Assembly (NCBI RefSeq): GCF_000181795.1
Contig: NW_003526948.1
Location: 2,158,123 to 2,222,122, forward strand
Reading direction: 5' to 3'
DNA: 64,000 nt
Source of the DNA: Trichinella spiralis
Lineage: Eukaryota
Shown piece by piece: positions 46,725 to 60,064 of this stretch. Both the position numbers and the translations under genes were made by a program. A model generated the notes under the pieces. The model ran no database searches and was not told where the DNA came from. It saw only the letters and a program-made list of their open reading frames with translations. Position 1 is the first letter of the stretch. Each line of letters starts with the position of its first letter.

Positions 46725-47735
46725 AAAACGTCCACTGCACTTCACCGCACACTGTACGCCAACAGCCAATGAAAGCTGAAGGCCACGTCAGCTACGTACA
46801 GCAGTGGAATAAAAATTTGCATAGATTTTCTGGTAAACAAGTCTTACTGTGGCTGCTTTCAGTACTTTGAACAAACGAAAATTTTCACGACTTTTAATCT
46901 AAAATCACACCAAAAAGATGATTATATGAGTTTGAAGTTTACAGTAATAATTATTATGTTCTTTTCGACGACTAGATACCGTTGAATTCAATGAAAACAT
47001 AAGCAAAATGAATTTACGAATGAATCTTCATAGATTTATTAAAAGTTCAGGATTGTGGTAAGCTATAGCTGAAAAGTAAACAAACGTTAAGGCAACGTTC
47101 AAAAATTTGCATGCGATTTCTGGTAAACAACTACAATACCAGTTTTTCATTACGCTGAGTTGTTGCTGTTCTGGATTGTAATGAATAATTTTGAAATTAT
47201 GTAAATAGAAAACAGCAGTTTAAACGTATCTACTTTTACCAATTCTGGTGGTGCTTCCTAGTTAATGAGCAGTATTGTTCAATCGAAATACACCTTTTTT
47301 GAGCCATAACATTACATGTAATGAAGCTCTCTCAGTGAACGTAATCTAGCGTATCTAATTTGCCGCGTCAGCAAAGTGAACGAGCGCTCGGTTACTAATA
47401 ACAGTATCGCTTCAAGAAAAACTGATTTGCATAATTGAAAAAAATACCTAAAAGTAATGTTAATCAAAAAAGAATAGCAGTATTAAACTTCAGTGCTGAA
47501 TGAATTTCATTATAATTTTCTAAATATAACTTTCATTATAATCATTAATTGCTTCCAGTTGAGAATAATTAATTTCCTCGACAACTACACCGGAACACGT
47601 CGTCTGTTTATTATGTTTATTAATTGTTAATATTTGTTTTTTAAAAGCATGCATAAATTTAAATAATAAATGAAAATAAAAAAGAGAAATGCAATAAATT
47701 TCACACGGGACAAATGTAAACAGTGACAAGAAACA
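46725..47735 (+). repeat. Gap-flanked duplicate of 816-1840 (probably a redundant contig)
   Basis: The whole contig between two 10-N gaps matches 816-1840, with single-base indels at both ends. Confidence 0.9.
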
Positions 47736-47745
47736 NNNNNNNNNN

Positions 47746-48820
47746 GGGCGAAGTATAATGAGCAGGTTTTATCAAAAATCAAGTTATAAAGTATAATATC
47801 AGGTAAATACATTTGTTGAATAAAAGTAATAACATATTTCAGGAGGAGTTAACATAGAAATTATGTTCAGCTTCAAACCATTTATGGGTACGAAAATTAC
47901 TAAAAAATACCATAATAATAAATATAATTAGAAGAAATGACAAATAAACGATTGATACAAGCAACGCAATAACAAAAATAAATACAATTTACAAAAATTA
48001 TCAACAAGAAAGAATACCAATAAATTTCAAATTCTATACATGCTAGTGATAAAGAAATGCAGCAGGTAAATGAAAGGTGAAATATCACCTTTGACAAAAT
48101 GAAATGGGACATACAGAAAAATTGGTAAATCGCTTCATTTCCATGTTATGATTACAGCATAAATACCATTTGAATACCTTGGGAAATATAAATAGCATTA
48201 TACATTTGTTTTTGAAAAATGACTAATAGAGTTGTCAAAGAAAGTCAGCTCAATTACTTCAAATATAATGAATTGAGCAATACGGAAAAAATATTGAAAG
48301 AATATGGAAATATTGAAAAATATGAATAATCATTTCCAAATCAAAATGTAAAATGCTTCATTTATTAAATTTCATTCACATTGGGTATGTATCAACAAAG
48401 TTACGGTTGCGTAAATACTCTATCAATCAAGATAGACAAACTGCCAACTTTGAAAGCAATTTATTCCACACTTATCGGATTGCGTTCAATCAGAATTTGC
48501 AGAATTCTCTAATCTATCGATATAAAACCATACCCAAAAAAAAGATTTCAAAATTGTGAAAAATCATTTTTCACCCAAAACGCGAAAACAGCAAAGTCTA
48601 CAGCCCACGAAATTTCGAAATTTTCATAAAACCTATTTTTCTCCAAAAATAGTATTGAGAATGTAGGAAAAAATTAGAAAACAACAATGAGTTTGATCCC
48701 AGGTTACCTGATTGCGTATTTCTCGAGAAATTGTAAACAAAATTGAAACTAAAATACAATTTTAATAGTGATGAAAGGAAAAGAAATAAAATATAAATGT
48801 TGAAAACGTCATAATAGAAA
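47746..48820 (+). repeat. ~1.07 kb segment duplicated at 57838-58913
   Basis: Identical 68-aa ORF at 48353 and 58444; near-identical 70-aa ORFs at 47900 and 57991. Confidence 0.93.
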
Positions 48821-51800
48821 ATGATTTTGTTAAAGTTTATCAAGAAATCAGCAATATTTTGAGGAAAAACAGGTTCTCGTTTAAATAACATTTGTTCCTG
48901 AATTTTGTTTGCATATTACAGCATCCAAAAAGTTTCAAATTTTTGTTAGCGCTATTTCCTTGACTGAATACGCTACAGAAATAAGAAATAGTCAAAATAA
49001 TAATATGTAAAAGCAATTTTAATCTAACATGGGGTTGTTTATATTTGTAAATATCACAATCGCTAACCAGTTATTTCATCAAATTTTTTGAAAAAATCAT
49101 CGATTAGATGTTATTGAAAATTAATATACCCGTAGTTTACGTAATATTGTAGTTTGTAATCACCAATGCAATAAATGAATCTTTCGAATTTAGTGGAAAC
49201 ATGCTTTTAGTGTTTTTGAATTTATAAGTTAATATGTGAGCGATTTCGAAACAATTCTGTGCACGGAGATATTGTTTCATCTTCAGTTGTTAGTCTAATT
49301 ATGTTCATTCCATTTCGAACTAATTATTATCAAAACGAGAATAAATCAAAACAGCCGCAGGTTTGGTATCAAAGAGAAGCTAATGTAATAATAAGAATCA
49401 TGAACAGCATGGTAATCCATGAAATGATTACTTTTCAAACAAAGCAAATATTTGCTAAGCATACGTTAAAACAGTCAAGTGTTATTCCACGTCTAAATAA
49501 AATAGCGCTAGAAATTTGTTTTATCTGATAATAATAAACAGATAAATTATTAAAAAGTTTTAATACTGAGTGATTAAATCAAAGTTTAGCTAGTTTTGAA
49601 ACAACTTTCGACAATTAATCGAAATGGGCTGAAAATGACGGAAAATTGGTTTGCTGAAAATAAAAATATATTGCACAAGGATGCGTATTTTGACAGTTTA
49701 TAGCAGTAGAATCGCCAGAATGGTTCATTAGCTGAATCTCACAAACTCCAGTTCAGTTTAAGGAAAGTTAACGATGGGCAACTGTCCTGTCTATTAAGAT
49801 AGGCAACGTGCCAATTTTAAAGGCAATTTTTCCACAAGAATCAGATTGTGTCCAATCAGACTTTGCAATAACTCTCTAATCAATCCATATATAACCATAC
49901 CAAAAAAAAGATTTTAAAATTGTGAAAAATCATTTTTCACCCAAAACGCGAAAACAGCAAAGCCCACGAAATTTCGAAATTTTCATAAAGCCTATTTTTC
50001 TCCAAAAATAGTATGAAAATGTAGGAAAAAATTAGAAAGCAACAGTGAGCATTGTCCCAGGTTCCCTGATTTCGTATTTCTCGAGATATTGTAAAAGAGC
50101 TGAAACTAAAATATAATTTTAATAGTGATGAAAGAAAAAGAAATAAAATATAAAAGTTGAAAAAGTCTTAGTAGAAAATGATTTTGTTAAAGTTTATCAA
50201 GAAATCAGCAACATTTTGAGCAAAAACAGGTTCTTGTTTAAATAACATTTGTTCCTGAATTTTGTTTGCATATTACAGCATCCAAAAAGTTTCAAATTTT
50301 TGTTAGCGCTATTTCCTTGACTGAATACGCTACAGAAATAAGAAATAGTCAAAATAATAATATGTAAAAGCAATTTTAATCTAACATGGGGTTGTTTATA
50401 TTTGTAAATATCACAATCGCTAACGAGTTATTTCATCAAATTTTTTGAAAAAATCATCGATTAGATGTTATTGAAAATTAATATACCCGTAGTTTACGTA
50501 ATATTGTAGTTTGTAATCACCAATGCAATAAATGAATCTTTCGAATTTAGTGGAAACATGCTTTTAGTGTTTTTGAATTTATAAGTTAATATGTGAGCGA
50601 TTTCGAAACAATTCTGTGCACGGAGATATTGTTTCATCTTCAGTTGTTAGTCTAATTATGTTCATTCCATTTCGAACTAATTATTATCAAAACGAGAATA
50701 AATCAAAACAGCCGCAGGTTTGGTATCAAAGAGAAGCTAATGTAATAATAAGAATCATGAACAGCATGGTAATCCATGAAATGATTACTTTTCAAACAAA
50801 GCAAATATTTGCTAAGCATACGTTAAGACAATCAAGTGTTATTCCACGCCTAAGTAAAATAGCGTTAGAAATTCGTTTCATCTGATAATAATAAACAGAT
50901 AAATTATTAAAAAGTTTGATACTGAGTGATTAAATCAAAGTTTAGCTAGTTGTGAAACAACTTGCGACAATTAATCGAAATGGGCTGAAAATGACGGAAA
51001 ATTGGTTTGCTGAAAATAAAAATATATTGCACAAGGATGCGTATTTTGACAGTTTATAGCAGTAGAATCGCCAGAATGGTTCATTAGCTGAATCTCACAA
51101 ACTCCAGTTCAGTTTAAGGAAAGTTAACGATGGGCAACTGTCCTGTCTATTAAGATAGGCAACGTGCCAATTTTAAAGGCAATTTTTCCACAAGAATCAG
51201 ATTGTGTCCAATCAGACTTTGCAATAACTCTCTAATCAATCCATATATAACCATACCAAAAAAAAGATTTTAAAATTGTGAAAAATCATTTTTCACCCAA
51301 AACGCGAAAACAGCAAAGCCCACGAAATTTCGAAATTTTCATAAAGCCTATTTTTCTCCAAAAATAGTATGAAAATGTAGGAAAAAATTAGAAAGCAACA
51401 GTGAGCATTGTCCCAGGTTCCCTGATTTCGTATTTCTCGAGATATTGTAAAAGAGCTGAAACTAAAATATAATTTTAATAGTGATGAAAGAAAAAGAAAT
51501 AAAATATAAAAGTTGAAAAAGTCTTAGTAGAAAATGATTTTGTTAAAGTTTATCAAGAAATCAGCAACATTTTGAGCAAAAACAGGTTCTTGTTTAAATA
51601 ACATTTGTTCCTGAATTTTGTTTGCATATTACAGCATCCAAAAAGTTTCAAATTTTTGTTAGCGCTATTTCCTTGACTGAATACGCTACAGAAATAAGAA
51701 TTACTCAAAATAATAATATGTAAATGCAATTTCAATCCAGTGTGGGGTTGTTTATATTTGTAAATACGACAATCGCTAAGTAAATATTTAATCAATTTTC

Positions 51801-53300
51801 TGAAAAAATCATCGATTACATGTTATTGAAAATTTACATACCCATAGTTTACGTAAAATTGTAGTTCGTAATCAACCATGCAATAAATAACACGTTCGAA
51901 TTTACTGGAAGCATGCTTTTAGTGTTTTTGAACTTATAAGTTAATATATGAGCGGTTTCGAAAGAATTCCGTACACGGAGATATTGTTTCATCCTCAGTT
52001 GTTAGTCTAATTATGTTTCCTCCATTTCGAACAAATTATTATCAAAACAAATACTATATTTAGGGCTTATTTTATTATGTGGAATTCAAGGAGTGTTGAA
52101 AATGAGAATAAATCAGAATCGCCGCAGCTTTGGTATGAATAAGTAGCTAATGTAATGATAAGAATCATGAGCACCATTGTAATCCATGAAATGATTACTT
52201 TTCAAACAAAGCAAATATTTGCTAAGCATCCGTTAAGACAATCAAGTGTTATTCGACGTCTAAGAGAAATAACGTTAGAAATTCGTTTCATCTGATGATA
52301 ATAAACAGATAAACTATTAAAAGTTCGTATACTGAGCGATTAAATCAAAGTTTGGCTAGTGTTGAAACAGCTTTCGACAATTTAATCGAAATGGGTTGAA
52401 AATGAGGGAAAATTGGTTTGTTGAAATCTAAAATATATTGCACAAAGATGCGTATTTTGACAGATTATAGCGTTAGAATGCCAAGAATGGTTCATTAGGT
52501 GAGTCTCACAAACTTCAGTTGAGTTTAAAGAAAGTCACCGATGGGCAACTTTCCTGAGTATTAAGATAGACAAACTGCCAACTTTAAAGCAATTTATTAC
52601 ACAAGCATGGGATTGTGTTCAATCAGAATTTGCAGGACTCTCTAATCTATCGATATGTAAACATAGCCATCAAAAAATATTTTTCACCCAAAACGTGAAA
52701 ACAACAAAGTCTATAGCCCGCGAAATTTCGAAATTTTCGAAAATCCTATTTTTATCAAAAAATAAAGTGAGAATGTAGAAAGAAATTAGAAAACAACAGT
52801 GAGCTTGGTGCCACGCTGATGGATTGCATATTTCTCGATATGTTGTAGAAAAACTGAAATTAAAATATGATTTTAATGGTGATGAAAGGAAATGAAATGA
52901 AATGGAAAGATAAAAGGAAAAAGGATAAAATAAAATAGAAAGAAAAAAGGATCAAAGAAAGGAAAAAATAAAATGTAAAAGTTGAAAAGATATTAGTAGA
53001 AAACGATTTTGTCAAAGTTTATCAAGAAATCCACATTATTTTGAGCAAAAACAGGTTCTTGTTTAAATAACATTTTTTCCTGAATTTCGTTTACATATTT
53101 ACATGTTTACATCATCCAAAAGGTTTCAAATATGTGTCAACACTATTTCCTTGATTGAATACACAACATAAATAAGAATTAGTCAAAATAATAATATGTA
53201 AATGCAATTTTAATCCAACGTGGGGTTGCTTTTATCTGTAAATATCACAATCGCTAACGAGTTATTTCATCCAATTTCTCGAAAAATCAACGATTTACGA
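48430..53300 (+). repeat. Tandem array of ~1.36 kb units (~3.5 copies), more diverged toward the 3' end
   Basis: The same 89-aa ORF occurs at 49259 and 50616 (offset 1357). Anchor cgatgggcaact at ~49772, ~51128 and ~52539. Anchor tttttcacccaaaacg at ~48567, ~49933, ~51288 and ~52680. Confidence 0.93.
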
Positions 53301-55939
53301 CGACTGCATTTATAGTTACTTTCATAAGCGGGATTCAGGGAATGTTGTAAAGCAAAAATACACTCATTGAACCATTAGTTTAATATCACTGAAAAGTTAG
53401 TTGAATAATGAAAATGATGTACAGCACAGTAATGAGTAAGTAATATGATTGTTTATTAACAAATATAAGATATGGAAAGCATGCGATAGTACAAACATGT
53501 ATTGAACAATGAGAAAGCGAAACAACGTTGGATATTAATATCAATGGTGCATTATAAAGGGATGAATTAATGTAGAGTTAGTGTATCAGATGTTCTGTGT
53601 TCATTTCCTGCCGATTTGAAGCAGCTTCCATCAAATTAAAATTTGCTAAAAATGATGGAAAATTCGATTGCTAAAATGCTAGAAATATTGTGCGAAGCAT
53701 CAAATTTTGGATGATTCCTTCATTGAAATACCAAAACTGTTCCATTTGCTGAATCGCCCGCATGCCGGTTGCATTTAAAGAAAGTTTCAGATTTGCGAAT
53801 TCTCCATGTATTTAGAAGCCACTTATTCCACGTATTAAGCTCGAGGCTGTTTTCCATGCAATGTCGCAAAACAGTTTGGTCTATCAATATGTATCGATTT
53901 TGGAAAGAAAATGCAAATATTGCCAAACAGCTTTTTTCTGCCCCAAAACAGAGAAGCCTATTTAGTCCATGAAATTTTGATTTCTTTACGAAAATCTTTC
54001 AAAGAACTGATATAGATAAATCAAAGGAAATGCAGTATCTATTACCGCATTTTTCACACAATTTCTAGTAGTGTAGTTTTTGAGATTTTGCTGTAAATGA
54101 GTTACCAAATTTGGATGTTAATGGTAAGGACAAAAAAATGTATGCGTTTGATAGTCACGCATAGAAGTGGCTTTGATTAAAATTTACTTCGACGCAACAA
54201 ATCGTTTCCGCAATAAGGATGCTCTTTATAGTAACAAAACAACATAGAATTTGTACTTGATTTCTATTTGTTTAATACAGGCTGCATGAATTTCAGACGT
54301 TTTATTTGAGCTACTGCAATCAGTGATAACAATTTAGAAATAGCGTACGATGAAATTTATGATTTTCAGATTAAACGTTTATTGTAACATAATATTTCTT
54401 TCATAAATCCCTTTTTCTAAAATGAGATTTGAACTAAGTTCCTACGTATCGCAAGGAGATGTTCATTATTGTAGATAGATGATTATATAATAGTTATTAT
54501 ACATGCAGACAGTGAAGCTGATCTGAAGGTTAGTCAGCGAAACTGAAATCCATTAATTGGCAACTAAAATAGTCTGTAGTGATACATACAAAAAACGTTA
54601 GTACAATTGTAAAGATGACTTACCGCTTAACTATCGGTGATATTGAAGAGGTGATTTCATCGTACTTCTTGACTGATGTTCTTCACACTGATTATGAAAA
54701 CTATGATTAACAATGAAGATGACATTGTGAAAAGTAGGTCAAGTTTATGGAAATGGAATAATATGATCTTGCTTTTGGTAATGTAATTTAATTTTTTCTG
54801 AGTTATAGCGCAATGGTATATAAACATTATTGTAAAGTTTACTAACTGCTAAAAGTTATTATGATTTCATTGAAATTCAGTAAAGTATTGTATGTAGAAT
54901 GTTGAACAATTTCCTAATGATATGCTATTCATTACAACTTCATGATGTTCGTTAATCTAAATACTTTTCTATTTCTGTTGTGTTATTATGATTTCAATGA
55001 ACGTTCATGTATAACGGTTTATGGATTTGTTAGTGATTTATGGTTATAGATTTAGTCTATGGTTATAGCTTAGAACCAGCCTGATTTTTTAATTTCTGTT
55101 GAAAGCCGCATGAAATTTGCTATTCTTGAGCATTTCAATGGCAGTCGCTCTCAGTCACACCTGTGATCAGACGGTAGACCTAGGTTTGGTACCGTCTTTA
55201 GGCAGACAGTCAGCGTGACATGAGTAACACAAATGATAATAGAAGTAATCTTTTTGCGGCCTTTCAGCTTACTCAACGATTACAAACATCACCGTCTCGT
55301 TGATGCAGCTGCATCTTATCAGTACAGAATTTGTCAGTACCTCACACAGTGGATCTGACAAACATGATAGAATTTTAGAAAACGTTTTGTCCCTTGCGTT
55401 TTGTTTGTAACGAACGAGCTGATGTCCCACTCCATACCACTCCACATATTAGCTCACGGACGCGCTATTTTTCAGGTCCCTGATGACTACCACTGGAATG
55501 ACTGGAACTAGCACGCAAGAAAATTCATATTCTGCTACAAATACGTATCACTTGATTGACCAGGAGTAGTTGGGCGTCACCACTACACATTGTGGTGATC
55601 ACATAAGTTAGCACTTCGCACTCCTGGAAGAGCATCCGCGTCTCGACAACGTCAACAAGCCTGATAGTTTTCTGAACGACTTTGTCTAAGAATTCAGCAG
55701 TTGGAAAATATTTTCTGAAATCCATATAATCTGTGATAACCGGCGAATCCTGGTAGCTAATGAAGAGGACATACGGTGGAAGTCAATTTCAGCTCCTTTC
55801 CGCCTTTATGAGTACGTGAGGTGTCAATAAGTTTATGGAACGAATCACAAATGATACACGTGTAAACTTGTATAAGTATACACAACTGTACGATTTTCAA
55901 GAAGTAGCTAACTATGCCTACTTTATAATATGCGAATTA

Positions 55940-56389
55940 AATCATCCAATGTCCCATTGGCTGTCACTATGATGCTTTCTATTCGCCCTCAACAACTGGA
56001 AATTTCATTCTCTCATTGGCTGTAACTATGATGCGTTTTATTCGCTGTCATCAAAGGCAAATTTCATTGGTACACCGGCTGGCATTAGGTCGCATTCCAT
56101 TGGTCGCGTTTATATGCAAATTTCATTCTCCCACGTCGTATTCGCTGTCACTAAACGCGTTCCATTCGTTGCCATCATGAGCAAATTTCATTGGTCAACC
56201 GGCTGTCACGACGTCGCATTCTATTGGTCGTCATTATATGCAACTATTCGTTGTCATCATAAGCAAATTTCATTGGTCCACCGGCTGTCACGACGTCCGC
56301 ATTCTATTGGTCGTCATTATATGCAAATTTCATTCAACCCACGTTCCATTGGGTGGCATTAAGACGCGGTCCCCTATTGGGCCATCCTG
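55940..56389. repeat. Degenerate short-unit tandem repeat rich in ATTGG and GCAAATTTCATT
   Basis: Recurring gcaaatttcattggtc..ccggctgtcacgacgtc..cattctattggtcgtcattatatgcaa; ends at an N-gap. Confidence 0.85.
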
Positions 56390-57169
56390 NNNNNNNNNNT
56401 GCTTACTTTTTCTCCATGTGCAATTGATTGTGTTTGTAAGAAATGGTGTGTCACTGAATATTTCTGCGAATACTTCCAGTGATACCTATATTAATGTGAT
56501 GCATAACTTGGATATCTGAAAGCGTGCTGATTTAGCTGAAAAGCTAGCATTAGCAATGATTACAAGTTATACTTCATTTTCATCTCCGTATATGAAGTAT
56601 TCAGTTTCATATTATGTGAATTGTGAAAGTGAAAATGGTGAACGCAAATATGTACTATACTTCTTTTGTTTGTTTTAAGCACCTTTAAAAATCAAAAGTA
56701 ATGTACTACTAATAATATTTAAAAGTGAATAGTGATAGCAGAAAATCTAAAAAGTTTACATTTATTATGTTTGTCAAGTTATGCGAATAGCATATATCAC
56801 AAAAGTATCAGCATACATTCTCAGACATCACTTACCTTTTAAAAATACATGACTTTCAACAGTGGAATTATATTTCCCACATTCCACTCTTTTGTTGCAT
56901 TTGCTTCCAAATCATGACAATGCTGAAAGTGAATAACATTATTGTGGTCATCTCAACATGAAAACAAATATAGGTACACGTTTGTGTAAAGCATCTGATT
57001 TAATTATCTGAAAGGGAACAATAATAATACTAATACAGATTCTGATTAGCGTTCTTTCACCATAATTGAAAGTCAACCAAATAGTATTCATAGAAAAGTA
57101 AAGGCAACATAATGTAAAATATAATTCAAAGATGGTATTGAAGAGCGGAATTACAGTTGAACACGTACC

Positions 57170-57713
57170 TGTAGCCGTTGCACAGTATTAAATAACTGAA
57201 TATAATAAAAATGCTCTAAAGTGGTGTTTGATAATAAGTAAATTATGCAAATAGAAAACTACTTTGCCTCTGGTAGAACAGCCTAATTTTACATCACTAA
57301 TAGCGTAGTAGCGTGCGTATGGTGAAGAATTTTATTAAATTATTAAATGACGAATGTAATTTACTTTTTATTTAAATGCATAATATAACAAAAAATTTCA
57401 TTATGATGCAGATTTCTTTCACTGAAATAATATGNNNNNNNNNNTGTAGCCGTTGCCCCAGTATTAAATAACCGAATATAATAAAAATGCCTCTAAAGTG
57501 GTGTTTGATAATAAGTAATTTATGCAAATAGAAAACTACCTTTGCCTTTGGTAGAACAGACCTAATTTTACATCACTAATAGCGTAGTAGCGTGCGTATG
57601 GTGAAGAATTTTATTAAATTATTAAATGACGAATGTAATTTACTTTTTATTTAAATGCATAATATAACAAAAAATTTCATTATGATGCAGATTTCTTTCA
57701 CTGAAATAATATG
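57170..57713 (+). repeat. ~265 bp direct duplication across a 10-N gap (unmerged contig overlap)
   Basis: 57170-57434 is repeated at 57445-57713, with a few differences near the contig start. Confidence 0.9.
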
Positions 57714-57837
57714 AAAACCTGAAGCACTAAATATTTCTAACATAATCTGTAAACACTTCTAAATTAAATAAATTTAGCTGCGTGAAAGTGTGATGTGATG
57801 CAGTACATTGTATTAGATGTTTTTCTTACAATCAATG

Positions 57838-58913
57838 TGCGAAGTATAATGAGCAGTTTTTATCAAAAATCAACTTATAAAGTATAATATCAGTTAAATA
57901 CATTTGTTGAATAAAACTAATAACATATTTCAGGAAAAGTTAACATAGAAATTATGTTCAGCTTCAAACCATTTATGGGTACGAAAATTACTAAAAAATA
58001 CCATAATAATAAATATAATTAGAAGAAATGACAAATAAACGATTGATACAAGCAACACAATAACAAAAATAAATACAATTTACAAAAATTATCAACAAGA
58101 AAGAATACAAATAAATTTCAAATTCTATACATGCTAGTGATAAAGAAATGCAGCAGGTAAATGAAAGGTGAAATATCACCTTTGACAAAATGAAATGGGA
58201 CATACAGAAAAATTGGTAAATCGCTTCATTTCCATGTTATGATTACAGCATAAATACCATTTGAATACCTTGGGAAATATAAATAGCATTATACATTTGT
58301 TTTTGAAAAATGACTAATAGAGTTGTCAAAGAAAGTCAGCTCAATTACTTCAAATATAATGAATTGAGCAATACGGAAAAAATATTGAAAGAATATGGAA
58401 ATATTGAAAAATATGAATAATCATTTCCAAATCAAAATGTAAAATGCTTCATTTATTAAATTTCATTCACATTGGGTATGTATCAACAAAGTTACGGTTG
58501 CGTAAATACTCTATCAATCAAGATAGACAAACTGCCAACTTTGAAAGCAATTTATTCCACACTTATCGGATTGCGTTCAATCAGAATTTGCAGAATTCTC
58601 TAATCTATCGATATAAAACCATACCCAAAAAAAAGATTTCAAAATTGTGAAAAATCATTTTTCACCCAAAACGCGAAAACAGCAAAGTCTACAGCCCACG
58701 AAATTTCGAAATTTTCATAAAACCTATTTTTCTCCAAAAATAGTATTGAGAATGTAGGAAAAAATTAGAAAACAACAATGAGTTTGATCCCAGGTTACCT
58801 GATTGCGTATTTCTCGAGAAATTGTAAACAAATTGAAACTAAAATACAATTTTAATAGTGATGAAAGGAAAAGAATTAAAATATAAATGTTTGAAAACGT
58901 CATAATAAGAAAA
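57838..58913 (+). repeat. Duplicate of 47746-48820
   Basis: Near identity; ends at an N-gap with single-base indels. Confidence 0.93.
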
Positions 58914-60064
58914 NNNNNNNNNNNNNNNNNNNNNNNNNNNNNNNNNNNNGATGACCTTGGGTGGATCCATCTGATCCACCCTCGACGGACCAGATGGCCA
59001 TTCTGATCCGCCGAAGACGTAGCTTCCGCACCAGATGGCGTGCGCTGCCAGGCAAATGTGAATCGTCTCGCCTACTAAGCCTTGCCGCCTCATGCACATC
59101 AAATTGCCGTCACACCTGACACTCAATATTAATGTACTGTCCTGCAGAACCATCTCATGTTTGCATACTTACCGTATGATTTACAACTCATCATTATTGA
59201 TTTAATGTATTATGCCTACTTATCTTTTCAAATGAAACTGACTACTGTAAGTAGCTGTTTTTTGCATTCCATTTAAAACATTCTAATTAAATATTAAAAA
59301 ACCCTGCTAAAATATGCAGTTACGAGTGACGTTATTATACCTAATTAGAAAATATTATGACCCACTTTTGTGTTTACATTGTATGTTAATCATTAATTAA
59401 AAAATTCTCACTGCTGAAACATGTTGTTATGAGTGACGTTATTTAACCTAATTAAAAATTAAAATACTCAATGTTGCATTTACTTTGCTTTTTAAACTTT
59501 CTAATTAGCATATTAAAATTAAGCTCATATTTAATACATTGTTTTCCTACATGTTACGGATTAATAACATTCTATTTATAGAAGATTACTTCCTATTTAT
59601 AAAAAGATTAAACTCGTTGCACCTTGTCTAAGCTAATTGTTTATTTCATTTATGCCAAGTTTAGTTTTCCCATTACCTAATTAAAGGAGACCCCGATTAA
59701 CATTTTATAAGTAAAAAATTTATATTCAAGCAATATCTAATTCACCAATAATCAATCAATAAATAAAATTATGCTTATTTAATGTTTACTATATTACACC
59801 CCTTTTAACTGTTTACATTACACTGTTTTACACTAAAAATATATTATTATCAGTATAAAATTAATGAATAATTAAAATCTTTTATATGATGAAATGTAAA
59901 TGAAAAACTGGTTAACTTTTCTACTTTAAAACAGTGTAATGTAAACAAAAACTGAATTTGCCCAATTATTAGATGAATGAACATTATATTTTATTTATCA
60001 TTTAAGTTCCTAAATTAAAAAATTAATGTATAAAATGTTAACAAATTTAAACTATTTAGCATGA

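Noticed and set aside
49259..50885. Repeated 89-aa ORFs as a tandem gene family
   Set aside because: GTG start, disrupted in the third copy, no domain; a by-product of the repeat.
55080..55800. Moderately GC-rich stretch as a transposase or retroelement relic
   Set aside because: No DDE, RT or gag motif recognised in the minus-strand translation I read; needs BLASTX.
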